A stretch of DNA of 54,345 nt from Candidatus Parcubacteria bacterium (lineage in GTDB: Bacteria; Patescibacteriota; Minisyncoccia; Phycocordibacterales; UBA918), in the NCBI GenBank assembly GCA_039799085.1, contig JBDLTL010000003.1:1-54345 (forward strand), read 5' to 3'. The notes below the pieces were generated by a model. It was not told where the DNA came from, searched no databases, and saw only the letters and a list, made by a program, of their open reading frames with translations. Below are positions 16,999 to 26,827 of this stretch, one piece after another. The position numbers were made by a program, and so were the translations under genes. Within the stretch, counting starts at the first letter, position 1. Each line of letters begins with the position of its first letter.

Positions 16999-17037
16999 AC
17001 AAGGAGGGGGCGAAGCGTAGCTTCGCCCCCTCCTTGT
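16999..17037. repeat. REP-like perfect hairpin (18-bp arms)
   Basis: ACAAGGAGGGGGCGAAGC-GTA-GCTTCGCCCCCTCCTTGT. Confidence 0.85.
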
Positions 17038-17144
17038 GTTTACCCCCAAATGTGCTTTAATGCTTGTGACGAAACAGCTCCTCTCTTTGATGCGAAGATA
17101 AGGCGAAGTGATGTTTTGTAGTTAATTAAATAAATTCCATTCAC

Positions 17145-17342
17145 ATGAAAGGATCAATCGTTCGCAAGCGCGACGAAGGGTACGGATTCATCAAGCCAGA
17201 AGATGGAAGCAAGGATGTTTTCTTCCACGCTTCAGCAATCGTTGATGTTACCTTCGATGAGCTTAAGGAAGGCGATGAAGTAACATTTGACGTTGAGCAG
17301 GGACCTAAGGGACCAGCTGCAGCAAATGTAAAGCGCGCATAA
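17145..17342 (+). CDS. cspA: cold-shock protein
   Basis: GYGFI (RNP1), DVFFHASAI (RNP2), KGPAAANV. Confidence 0.93.
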   Translation: MKGSIVRKRDEGYGFIKPEDGSKDVFFHASAIVDVTFDELKEGDEVTFDVEQGPKGPAAANVKRA

Positions 17343-17413
17343 TAAAAGAGCCCGGCTACGCCGGGCTCTTTTATTATTATCAAGATGACGGCGGGGCAAA
17401 GCCCCGCCGTCAT
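17341..17413. terminator. terminator plus a second GC-rich hairpin
   Basis: AATAAAAGAGCCCGGC-TAC-GCCGGGCTCTTTTATT and GATGACGGCGGGGC-AAA-GCCCCGCCGTCATC. Confidence 0.8.
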
Positions 17414-17439
17414 CGTTCTCTGCGCTGTATAATAATTAC

Positions 17440-17841
17440 ATGATTTTTACCAACATCATCAGCGACTACTTCCGCTGGCACTACTCAAAGGCCTTCAAAG
17501 AATTATTTCATGTATGGATTAACTTTCTTTGGTTCATCACACACTTCTTTTCACTTAAGGAACTTCTCATTTCGCTCTTCTCTCCTTGGAGACGTATGGT
17601 AGAAGCAAAACAGGAAGGTTGGAGCTTTGAAGGTTTTCTCTCATACATCATCATCAACATCCTCTCTCGCTTGGTTGGATTCATTATGCGCAGCGGAGTT
17701 ATTGTTACGGGAACAATCTGCCTCTTGTTGATAGTGGCACTCGGATTAACAACCATTGCTCTATGGGTCGTCTTACCTGTCGGTTCGGTCATTGCGACAC
17801 TTGCTGGTATTTCTCTCCTCGCTTCTAATCTTTTCATATGA
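17440..17841 (+). CDS. hypothetical membrane protein coupled to the Clp ATPase
   Basis: hydrophobic; Y..WHY, HFFS, LFSPWRR motifs; ATGA overlap with the next gene. Confidence 0.8.
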   Translation: MIFTNIISDYFRWHYSKAFKELFHVWINFLWFITHFFSLKELLISLFSPWRRMVEAKQEGWSFEGFLSYIIINILSRLVGFIMRSGVIVTGTICLLLIVALGLTTIALWVVLPVGSVIATLAGISLLASNLFI

Positions 17842-20273
17842 GTACACTTCACGATCACATCCTTACCTTTAAACCAGCCGTGAGTCTTGAGCGACTTATT
17901 AGTCGCAAAACTCTCCACGTCCTTCGCACACTCTTCTTCATCACTACGGCATTCTCTGGCTTTACTGCGCTCACACTGTTATTTTTCTTTGAAAATAATC
18001 AGTATGATCTTGCTGCCCTTGGTGTATTTCTCCTTTTCCTTGGATTGTGGCTAGAACAAATCCTTCTCTTCACGTACCACAACAGCTTTTTCTTCCACGG
18101 ACTCAATTCCGTTATTGGACTTGATACCGAACCAGTCGAAGGAGTTACGTACGAAATCGCCAAAGCAGTCCTCAAGTACCCTGAAGATCTCACACTTGCG
18201 TTTTGTGGTTCTCCGTTTGGTTCAACAATACTACTGAGAGCTGGCGTACCGTTTGCCGCTATTGATACTTTTTTGACAAGTTCACGGAGAAAGCTTTCTG
18301 CCAGCGCAATCACCATAGAAGATGGGAAGGTATTCACCTTTATCGACCTTGGTAAACACCTCCTTTCTCATGACACGGACTTCGCGTCACTCTTTGCTAC
18401 AAATGGCGTGCAAGCGGAAACATTCATCGGTTCACTCAATTGGGTTGTACGCACCTACCATGAAGAGAAGCGTTCACTTAGATGGTGGGGCAAAGACAAT
18501 CTTTCTCGCACACAAGGTATTGGAAAAGACTGGACGTACGGTATCGCGTACTCACTTAAACGCTACGCTCGCGACATTCGAACGAGCGCAGTCTTCTCAA
18601 CCCTCACTCGCGACAGCGCCTATGCCATCGAAAAAGTTTCTGAAATCGAAACCGCTCTTGCAAAAACAAAAGCTTCCAACGTACTCATTATCGGTGAACC
18701 AGGTGTTGGGAAAATTGACCTCGTCATGGAAGTGAAGCGTCGCATTGACACAGGAGCTTCACTCGGAGCGGTAGAAGGAAAGCAGATTGTCGTACTCGAC
18801 ACCAACCGTCTCTTTGCTATCAACAAAGATAAAGCGTCACTTGAGGTTGCGCTCCTCCAACTCCTTAGTGAAGCGTACAATTCAGGAAACATCATCATCG
18901 TTATCGAGAATCTCAGCACTGTAGTGCGTGAAGCGGAAGCCATGGGAGTGTACCTTCCAGAACTCATTGATGAATTCCTCTCCTCACCACTTCTCCAAGT
19001 GATTGCTACCGATACACCTGGCGCGTTCCATACCTACCTTGAACCGCTTGGCGGTTTCACCCGGAGGTTTACCGAAGTTCTCATTGAGACTCCAGACCTC
19101 TCAGCTACCACCAGACTACTGCAAGGCATCGCTCTCCAAAATGAGCTCCGTTATAAAATACTCTTTACGTACGGATCACTTGAAGCCATCGCTACCGCAG
19201 CCGATCGCTACCTCGTTGAGGGAGTCATGCCGGATAAAGCGGTAACACTCCTTGTCGACGTCGCTTCAGCTGCTGCGCAGACAGGTACCGATATCATCAC
19301 GCAAGAATTTGTATACGAAGTAGTGAGCGACAAGACCGGTATTCCTGCCGGACCAATCGGGGACACCGAGCGTGACCTTCTCCTCCACCTCGAAGACCAA
19401 CTCCACACACAAGTGGTTGGACAAGAGCGCGCTATTGATGCAATCGCTCGCACCATGCGTCGCGCTCGAGCAGGGATCCAATCGAGTGAAAAGCCAATTG
19501 GCTCATTCCTCTTCCTTGGACCAACCGGTGTAGGGAAAACCGAAACAGCAAAAGCGCTCGCAAAACTATTCTTCGGGAGTGAAGGTAAAATGCATCGCTT
19601 CGACATGTCAGAGTACAGTGGTGGTGGATCACTCGAACGACTCCTTGGTACAAGCCAGTTCAGTGGTGCACTTCCGGACATGCTCCGCGAGCACCCATAC
19701 GCAGTAGTGCTCCTCGACGAGTTTGAAAAGGGGGCAAGAGAAGTGCACGATCTCTTTCTACAAATCCTCGACGAAGGTGTCTTCACAGACGGCCGAGGTG
19801 AGAAGGTAAATGCACGAAACACCATCATCATCGCGACTTCAAATGCCGGTAGTCAGCTCATCATGCGCACCGTTGAACAACGCAAGGAACTTGGACAGCT
19901 CACCGAAGAAATCATCGCTCACATCATCCGCGAAGGTATCTTCCGCCCAGAGCTCATCAACCGTTTTGACAGCACAATCATCTTTGAACCACTCACAGAA
20001 ACTGAACAGACGCACATCGCACGGCTCATGCTTGGCGGACTCTACGCACGAGTGAAAGAACAGGGGTACTTACTTGAAGTCGGCGACGATCTTCTCACGG
20101 TCCTCGTGGAGAAGGGGTACAGTCCTGAGTTTGGTGCCAGACCAATGCAGCGAGTTCTTCAAGACGTTGTCGAAGAGAAGATTGCTCAAAAGATAATCTC
20201 TGGTGTCGTTGTAAAGGGACAAACCATTACGCTTCACAAAGATGACTTTTCGGAAGAAGAGTTGGCGGTGTAG
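17838..20273 (+). CDS. membrane-anchored ClpA/B/C-like AAA+ ATPase
   Basis: two N-terminal TM helices; D1 GEPGVGK, MPDKA; D2 GPTGVGKT, LLDEFEK, FRPELINRFD, GARPMQR. Confidence 0.88.
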   Translation: MSTLHDHILTFKPAVSLERLISRKTLHVLRTLFFITTAFSGFTALTLLFFFENNQYDLAALGVFLLFLGLWLEQILLFTYHNSFFFHGLNSVIGLDTEPVEGVTYEIAKAVLKYPEDLTLAFCGSPFGSTILLRAGVPFAAIDTFLTSSRRKLSASAITIEDGKVFTFIDLGKHLLSHDTDFASLFATNGVQAETFIGSLNWVVRTYHEEKRSLRWWGKDNLSRTQGIGKDWTYGIAYSLKRYARDIRTSAVFSTLTRDSAYAIEKVSEIETALAKTKASNVLIIGEPGVGKIDLVMEVKRRIDTGASLGAVEGKQIVVLDTNRLFAINKDKASLEVALLQLLSEAYNSGNIIIVIENLSTVVREAEAMGVYLPELIDEFLSSPLLQVIATDTPGAFHTYLEPLGGFTRRFTEVLIETPDLSATTRLLQGIALQNELRYKILFTYGSLEAIATAADRYLVEGVMPDKAVTLLVDVASAAAQTGTDIITQEFVYEVVSDKTGIPAGPIGDTERDLLLHLEDQLHTQVVGQERAIDAIARTMRRARAGIQSSEKPIGSFLFLGPTGVGKTETAKALAKLFFGSEGKMHRFDMSEYSGGGSLERLLGTSQFSGALPDMLREHPYAVVLLDEFEKGAREVHDLFLQILDEGVFTDGRGEKVNARNTIIIATSNAGSQLIMRTVEQRKELGQLTEEIIAHIIREGIFRPELINRFDSTIIFEPLTETEQTHIARLMLGGLYARVKEQGYLLEVGDDLLTVLVEKGYSPEFGARPMQRVLQDVVEEKIAQKIISGVVVKGQTITLHKDDFSEEELAV

Positions 20274-20314
20274 GGAAGAGAAAAAAAAGAGCGGCGCCGA
20301 AGGCGCCGCTCTTT

Positions 20315-21229
20315 TTATTTCCCGTGAAATTTTTTATGCACCTCGCGTAAGTGCTTGTCGGTGACGTGTGTGTACACCTGGGTTGTACCGATGTTGGCAT
20401 GACCAAGCAGAGCCTGTACCGAACGAAGGTCGGCACCATTACTCAAAAGGTCAGTCGCGAAACTATGTCGAATAACGTGCGGTGTCACCTTGCGAGTGAT
20501 GCCTGCCTTGCCAGCATAAAACTTAATAAGTCGCTGTACCGCTCGGGGTTGAAGTCGCGAGTCGCCGCCATCATTTGCCTTTCGTCCGTAGCGGACAAAG
20601 AGGGGTTCTTCCAAATCCTTCCGGGCACCTAAGTACTCCCGGAGAAATTTCTTCGCTGCTTCAGAGAGAAACACCACCCGGACTTTATCTCCCTTTCCTC
20701 TTACAGAAAACTCATCACGAGTTAAATCAACATCATCAATCGAAAGCCCGCACAGCTCGGAGATACGGAGCCCGGTAGAAAAGAAGAGTTCAAGAATTGC
20801 TCGGTCTCGCTTGCCCTCGAGTGTCTTGATATCTGGAGCATTGAGCAAACGCTTGAGCTCAGTTGCGGTAATGAGGTCAAGTGAACGTTCTGGCACCTTA
20901 GCGAGCTCAATGCGCTCAGGGGAGAGAGCTTCGATGCCACGCTTCCGCAAAAACTTGAGAAACGCTCTAAGCGCAATGAGGTAGTAGTTCTGCGTGCGGC
21001 GTTTCATGGGCTCGACCTTACCACCGATCTTACTTCCTGCCTGCCGGTTAAGGTGCAAGCGAAACTCGCGAATCTGAGTTTCACTGAGCTGTGAAACTGT
21101 CTTGACCTTCGCAAAAGCGAAAAAACGCTCAAGATAGCGATCGTAGTTCTCAACCGTCTTCACACTCCTACCCCTTTCGATTTCAAGGTACTCAAGAAAT
21201 TGACGTTTCAGTTCCACTAAGTCAGTCAT
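20315..21229 (-). CDS. xerC: tyrosine recombinase XerC/XerD
   Basis: TGLRISEL, GKGDKVR, HVIRHSFAT, LLGH, TTQVYTHV; start moved to MTDLV. Confidence 0.9.
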   Translation of the reverse strand: MTDLVELKRQFLEYLEIERGRSVKTVENYDRYLERFFAFAKVKTVSQLSETQIREFRLHLNRQAGSKIGGKVEPMKRRTQNYYLIALRAFLKFLRKRGIEALSPERIELAKVPERSLDLITATELKRLLNAPDIKTLEGKRDRAILELFFSTGLRISELCGLSIDDVDLTRDEFSVRGKGDKVRVVFLSEAAKKFLREYLGARKDLEEPLFVRYGRKANDGGDSRLQPRAVQRLIKFYAGKAGITRKVTPHVIRHSFATDLLSNGADLRSVQALLGHANIGTTQVYTHVTDKHLREVHKKFHGK

Positions 21230-21324
21230 AACACTTATTATAGCAAGATTATGAGACTGTTTTGACGGAGTGGGAAACACGTTCTGTAATCTTGCTTTTT
21301 TACAAATATATGCTATAGTAGAAA

Positions 21325-21411
21325 CACCTTCGCAGGTAATCGACCGCACCAGGTGGTAACTCTCGTTTTGAGTAGTATCTATACGACCGGCTGCGTAACT
21401 AATATAAACCT
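21325..21411 (+). promoter_or_regulatory. structured rpsO 5' leader (putative S15 autoregulatory RNA)
   Basis: TGCTATAGT -10 at 21311; CGCAG...CTGCG closing stem enclosing ACTC/GAGT hairpin. Confidence 0.5.
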
Positions 21412-21678
21412 ATGCTATCTAAGCAAATCAAGAAGAATGTACTCAAGAATGTCGCTCGTCACGAGGGTGATACTGGCTCTGCGGAAGCGCAGGTTGGTCT
21501 CCTCACTCGCCAGATCGAGGAACTCTCAGGACACCTTCGAAAGCACAAGAAAGACTTTCACTCACGTCGTGGTCTTCTTCAGATGGTAGCGGATCGCCGC
21601 AAGCATCTAAAGTACCTCGAGCAAAAAGATGCAAAAGCCTACGAGGCCCTCATCAAGAAGCTCGGTCTCAAGCGATAA
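21412..21678 (+). CDS. rpsO: 30S ribosomal protein S15
   Basis: DTGSAEAQV, HKKDFHSRRGLL. Confidence 0.98.
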   Translation: MLSKQIKKNVLKNVARHEGDTGSAEAQVGLLTRQIEELSGHLRKHKKDFHSRRGLLQMVADRRKHLKYLEQKDAKAYEALIKKLGLKR

Positions 21679-21785
21679 AGAAACATGTACTCCACTTGGG
21701 GTACATTTTCTTTTATGTCTGGTATATAGTAAGTGGGCCTCGCGAAGGCATATACTTTTTTTAAGATTTTAATATTTATTTTTAT

Positions 21786-22370
21786 ATGGGAGTTATAAAA
21801 CACCCCGAACAACGTGTCGCTATTTTGATAGACACCCAGAACCTCTACCACAGTGCAAAGAACCTCTACAAATCAAAAGTGAATTTTGGTGCTGTGGTGA
21901 AGACCGCACTAGGAGGACGTAAGCTTATCCGCGCTGTTTCATACGTGGTAAACACCGAAGGCGGTGAAGAGTCCGCCTTCTTTGAAGCACTTGAAAAAGT
22001 TGGTATCGAAATTAAAACCAAAGACCTCCAAATATTTTACGGAGGTGCCAAGAAAGCCGACTGGGACGTAGGGATGGCAGTCGATGCAATCAAGCTCGCA
22101 CACAAGGTCGACGCGATTGTGCTCGTCACAGGTGACGGTGACTTTATTCCACTCGTGGAATACGTAAAGAGTCAGGGTTGTCAGGTAGAAGCAATCACCT
22201 TCGGACGTTCGGCTTCAGGAAAACTGAAAGAAACTGTCGATGACTTCATCGATATGGACGAAAATCCACACGCCTACCTCATCGGCTACAAACCGATGAA
22301 AAGGGGGGGTCAGAAGAATCTCAAAAAGACTATCAGTAAAGTGGTCGGCACTGACACCGACGGATTGTAG
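21786..22370 (+). CDS. NYN domain (LabA/DUF88) protein
   Basis: IDTQN, K.DWDVGMAVD, TGDGDF motifs. Confidence 0.92.
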   Translation: MGVIKHPEQRVAILIDTQNLYHSAKNLYKSKVNFGAVVKTALGGRKLIRAVSYVVNTEGGEESAFFEALEKVGIEIKTKDLQIFYGGAKKADWDVGMAVDAIKLAHKVDAIVLVTGDGDFIPLVEYVKSQGCQVEAITFGRSASGKLKETVDDFIDMDENPHAYLIGYKPMKRGGQKNLKKTISKVVGTDTDGL

Positions 22371-22506
22371 GATTAAAAACAGCCGGCGGGAGCTTTGCTC
22401 CCGCCGGCTGTTTTGCTATGCTTTCACTATTACTCATGAGCTTGGAGCGTAGGTAGGTTTCAAAGCATTGAAATCTAAAACGCTTCTGGCTCTTAAGAAA
22501 AAATTG

Positions 22507-24636
22507 ATGCAAACAAAATCATATTCGATGGAACTTGGAGGAAAGACACTAACCGCTGAGTTCAATGACCTAACTGCTCACACCAACGGCTCTGTCATGC
22601 TCCGCTACGGAGAGACTGTCATTCTCGTAACAGCAGTCATGAGTGAACGGGAAGGGAGCGCTCCTTACTTTCCACTTTCAGTAGAGTTCGAAGAAAAGTT
22701 TTATGCTGCGGGACAGATTCTTGGTAGTCGCTTTCAGCGTCGAGAAGGCCGACCGAGCGATGAAGCAATTCTCAGCGCGCGTATTATTGACCGCACGATT
22801 CGTCCGCTTTTCAATCAATCAATTCGTAACGACGTGCAGGTAGTCGTGACTGTACTTGCTCTCGGTGCAGACGACCCAGATATTCTTGCAGTTATTGGTT
22901 CTTCACTTGCTCTCGCCATCTCTGACATTCCATGGGACGGACCAGTCGGAGCAGTACGTATTGCACGAAATGCAGAGACAAAGGAACTGATTGTAAATCC
23001 GACATACATCGACCGTGAAAAAAACAAGCTTGATATCGAGGTTATTGCATGTGGCAAGGAAGGCTCTATCAATATGATCGAGACAGCAGCCTTCGAGCAA
23101 GGAGAAGCTGATATTATCTCAATCCTCGAAGCGGCCACAACATTGCACACACAACTTGAAGTATGGCAAAAACAAATCATCTCCGAACTTGGAAAAGCAA
23201 AGCGCGTAATTGCGGATAATGAAATCCCCGAGACACTCATACATATATATGAAGACTCATTTGCAGCAAAACTCCGCAATGAAATGTTTAGCAAGCGTCC
23301 CGGGAAGGATCACATCTACGCTGTCAAAAAAGAATTCCTCGAAGCAATCAAAGCTGTAGAAATAAGCGAAGCGGTAGCAAGTGAATTCTTCGAAGAGAAA
23401 ATTGACCATGAACTTCACCTCGGTGCCGTCGAGCGAAATGAACGTGCAGATGGTCGAGGTATGGATGAAGTGCGAGAACTATACGCACAAGCTGGTGGTA
23501 TTTCACCAGCACTTCACGGCTCGGGTATTTTCTATCGAGGCGGTACACACATCTTTACCGCACTAACGCTTGGCGGACCAGAAGCGGCACAAATTATTGA
23601 TACGATTGAGGAACAGGGAGGGAAGAAGCGATTTATGCACCACTACAACTTCCCGCCCTTCTCAGTCGGTGAGACTGGGCGAGTCGGAGGCTTCAATCGT
23701 CGCATGATTGGTCATGGCGCCCTTGCAGAAAAAGCGCTCATTCCCGTAATTCCGTCACAGGAAGAATTTCCGTACACGATTCGTCTCGTGTCTGAAACAC
23801 TTTCAAGTAACGGCTCAAGCTCCATGGGTTCAGTGTGTGGTTCGACACTCGCCATGATGGATGGAGGTGTACCTATCACTCGACCAGTGGCGGGCATCGC
23901 TTCAGGCGTGATGATTATGGGAGACAAGTATCAACTTCTTACTGACATTCAAGGACCGGAAGATGAATTCGGTGACATGGACTTTAAGGTAGCCGGCACA
24001 ACTGAAGGTGTCACGGCGATTCAGATGGACGTGAAGGTGGGAGGGATTTCAATCGAAATTCTTCGTGGAGCATTGGAAAAGGCGCGCGCGGCCCGGCTCC
24101 ATATTCTTCAAACGATGACACAAGCCATCGCAACGCCGCGACCTCACATATCGCCGCGCGCGCCAGAAATCGTCGTGGTCAAAATCAATCCGGACCAAAT
24201 CGGTCTTGTCATCGGCGGCGGCGGAAAAACGATCAACGGCATTAAAGATACTACCGGTGTACAGGAGATCACTATTGAAGAAGACGGTACTGTCTTCATC
24301 ACTGGCAAGAATGGCTCCGCACAAAAAGCCGCTGACAAAATCCGCTCTCTCACAAAAGTGTATGCAGTAGGGGAGAGATTGGAAGTAACTGTCACAAGAC
24401 TTGCCACATTTGGAGCCTTTGCAAAGCTCGATGATTACAATGAGGGTCTGATTCATATTTCTGAAATTGCACCATTTAGACTTGAGACAATGGACGGTGT
24501 TCTGAAGGAAGGAGAGACCGTACCAGTAGTCATCTCAAAGGTAGAAGAAGGGAAGATCGGACTCTCCATCAAGCAAGCCGACCCAGAATTTGCCCAAAAA
24601 CATGGCCTCACAGCACCTCCAAAGCCAAAAATGTAA
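22507..24636 (+). CDS. pnp: polyribonucleotide nucleotidyltransferase
   Basis: RREGRP, FMHHYNFPPFSVGE, SNGSSSM, GDMDFKVAG, KH and S1 domains; start moved to MQTKS. Confidence 0.97.
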   Translation: MQTKSYSMELGGKTLTAEFNDLTAHTNGSVMLRYGETVILVTAVMSEREGSAPYFPLSVEFEEKFYAAGQILGSRFQRREGRPSDEAILSARIIDRTIRPLFNQSIRNDVQVVVTVLALGADDPDILAVIGSSLALAISDIPWDGPVGAVRIARNAETKELIVNPTYIDREKNKLDIEVIACGKEGSINMIETAAFEQGEADIISILEAATTLHTQLEVWQKQIISELGKAKRVIADNEIPETLIHIYEDSFAAKLRNEMFSKRPGKDHIYAVKKEFLEAIKAVEISEAVASEFFEEKIDHELHLGAVERNERADGRGMDEVRELYAQAGGISPALHGSGIFYRGGTHIFTALTLGGPEAAQIIDTIEEQGGKKRFMHHYNFPPFSVGETGRVGGFNRRMIGHGALAEKALIPVIPSQEEFPYTIRLVSETLSSNGSSSMGSVCGSTLAMMDGGVPITRPVAGIASGVMIMGDKYQLLTDIQGPEDEFGDMDFKVAGTTEGVTAIQMDVKVGGISIEILRGALEKARAARLHILQTMTQAIATPRPHISPRAPEIVVVKINPDQIGLVIGGGGKTINGIKDTTGVQEITIEEDGTVFITGKNGSAQKAADKIRSLTKVYAVGERLEVTVTRLATFGAFAKLDDYNEGLIHISEIAPFRLETMDGVLKEGETVPVVISKVEEGKIGLSIKQADPEFAQKHGLTAPPKPKM

Positions 24637-24692
24637 TGATTTTGGTGAAAAACCCTCCCGCGTGGAGGGTTTTTCATGAGATACTTATACTA

Positions 24693-26432
24693 ATGGTTAC
24701 TGAGCCTCCCAAGACGCTTCCTAAAATTCGCACGTACGCACAGGATCTGGAGATAGCTCGCACAAAAAGCGGCGAGTCTGTTCCTGTGGTGGCAGCGGAA
24801 AAAATAGAGACCCCGAAACTTGGTAAAGCATCAACAACAATACAGGAAGCTCCCACAACCCCTACTCCTAATGCACAAAAACAGGAGGTCCACATCGCAC
24901 CCCCTGTTCCTTCTATTACAAAAATTCCAGCCTTCCACGAGCTTCAGAAAAAAACTTCTGAGCAAGTGACAGTACCCCACCAACAAGAAGTACGGGAATC
25001 AGGAAAAACCAACATAAAAGCACCTGCTACTCCTTCTAAACGAACTGTAAGTATCCGTGCTAAAAAAACAGATCTCAAACAACCTCGCCGTGCAGGTGGA
25101 GGCGCAATCATCACAGATGGTCGAAAAACTGAATTTAGTCTTTTTAGCTCAGTTACTACCTCAATTAAAAATTGGTTTAGTGGTGTTGGTAAAGCTTTTA
25201 AGAAGAAAGAGGCTCCGAAGTACACCATCACGGACACTGAGCGACGAAAAGGAGTCATCCAAAAAGCCACTTCGAAAACCGGCTCTATCTTCACCGCCGA
25301 TAGCGACACTCTCCGTGAGGAAATTCGACGACGCCAAACACAGAAGTCTGAAGACCCTGATATCACCTGGTCTCCAAACACTGAACCTGGGTTTACCCTT
25401 CTTGATTCTGGAACACCAAAACCAGCAGTAACAAATGTTGTTGTTGAATTCAAAAAGCAGAGCACTCCTGCTCCATCACCAAACATTACTGCACAACCTG
25501 TGCGAATAGCTGTTCCTCCCCCTGTCTTTGTCGAGCCGACCACACCAATTACTCCGGAGCCTGATCCGGCAGTAGTGGCGGTTCCTGAAATTCAAGAAAT
25601 ACCCACAGCTACTATTGGCTACGAAAATTACGAGCCGGCAACTGAAAGTAATGAGGTTGGAGAACTCCCAGAAGAACCTCTCTACGAAAGCGAGCCCCAA
25701 ATTGAAGACATCGCATCAGCCGAAGTTGCATCAGCCACACCGTATGAACTCACTACGCCAGAAGCCCATTACAAAGTTCGCGGACTTGGAGACATTACCC
25801 GACTCAACACAAACACACTTTCTCTTGGTGTCGTTGCTGTTATCGCCTCATTTTTAGTTATCATTGTCGGTGCACGCGCACTCATCGGTTTTGTTTTACC
25901 TGACACAGAAACAGTCGAATCTGAGCAAGTGACAGCACTCACAAAAAATGCTGTGGCTGTAAATCTAACTCACACTTCTGATGACCTTGAAGCTGAGCTT
26001 TCATCTGCCGCTCTTCCTGAGGCGGCCATCACCGAGATCCGCCTCACTGCTAAGGACGGTTCCGTAATGGACTCCTCATCGGCTCTTACTCTCCTTGGTA
26101 TAAAGACAGGCCTCCTTGGCACCTCCGTAACTGAAGCACGTCTTATAGTAACTCCACAAGGTCGAGCCTTGGTTCTTAAAATCAAAGATTCTACAACCAC
26201 CTTTGGCCAACTCCTCAGCCTTGAAGGTCAGTTACCGGGAGACCTTTCAAGAATATTTGCCACAACCTACCAAGAGGGTGGCACTTTCTACGACGTGAGC
26301 CAAAACGGTATAGACACAAGAGTGTATAAAACGGCTAATTCTGAATCCCTAACCTATGGCTTTACTGACGGTAATACCGTTATCATCGCAAAGGATCCTG
26401 CTGTCTTCAAAGCTATCGTAGGCAGTGAGTAG
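24693..26432 (+). CDS. hypothetical single-pass membrane protein, Pro/Thr-rich N-terminal region
   Basis: long ORF, IRTYAQDL N-terminal motif, one TM helix before the C-terminal domain. Confidence 0.75.
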   Translation: MVTEPPKTLPKIRTYAQDLEIARTKSGESVPVVAAEKIETPKLGKASTTIQEAPTTPTPNAQKQEVHIAPPVPSITKIPAFHELQKKTSEQVTVPHQQEVRESGKTNIKAPATPSKRTVSIRAKKTDLKQPRRAGGGAIITDGRKTEFSLFSSVTTSIKNWFSGVGKAFKKKEAPKYTITDTERRKGVIQKATSKTGSIFTADSDTLREEIRRRQTQKSEDPDITWSPNTEPGFTLLDSGTPKPAVTNVVVEFKKQSTPAPSPNITAQPVRIAVPPPVFVEPTTPITPEPDPAVVAVPEIQEIPTATIGYENYEPATESNEVGELPEEPLYESEPQIEDIASAEVASATPYELTTPEAHYKVRGLGDITRLNTNTLSLGVVAVIASFLVIIVGARALIGFVLPDTETVESEQVTALTKNAVAVNLTHTSDDLEAELSSAALPEAAITEIRLTAKDGSVMDSSSALTLLGIKTGLLGTSVTEARLIVTPQGRALVLKIKDSTTTFGQLLSLEGQLPGDLSRIFATTYQEGGTFYDVSQNGIDTRVYKTANSESLTYGFTDGNTVIIAKDPAVFKAIVGSE

Positions 26433-26454
26433 CGAGGTGCTATACTCATGATAT

Positions 26455-26823
26455 ATGAGTAGCATTCAAAAGAATAATCTAGAAGCAGAACTTACCCGTG
26501 TAAAGGAAGAACTTTCAAGTATTGCTCAATATGATGAAGCAACTGGTGACTGGACGGCGATTCCTGACGCTGTCGGACTAGCCGAAGCTGACGAAAACTC
26601 TGAAGCTGATGGTTTGGAAGAATGGAACGAACGCACAGCAACCGTCACCCAGCTTGAGATGATTCATCAAAATATCGTTCGCGCCCTTCAGAAGATTGAG
26701 GCAGGCACTTACGGCACCTGCGAAATTTGCGGAACAGTGATTGAAGAAGATCGTCTAGAAGTGCTCCCTACTGCACGCACCTGCAAAGAACATCGCGACG
26801 AGGAACGGACTCTTTCATTCTAG
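26455..26823 (+). CDS. TraR/DksA C4-type zinc-finger protein
   Basis: AL.KI..GTYG.CEICG..I...RL...P.ARTC..H. Confidence 0.9.
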   Translation: MSSIQKNNLEAELTRVKEELSSIAQYDEATGDWTAIPDAVGLAEADENSEADGLEEWNERTATVTQLEMIHQNIVRALQKIEAGTYGTCEICGTVIEEDRLEVLPTARTCKEHRDEERTLSF

Positions 26824-26827
26824 CTTC

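Noticed and set aside
20315-21229. Prophage or ICE integrase
   Set aside because: The protein has XerC/D-like size and motifs, is flanked by housekeeping genes, and has no att sites or phage genes nearby.
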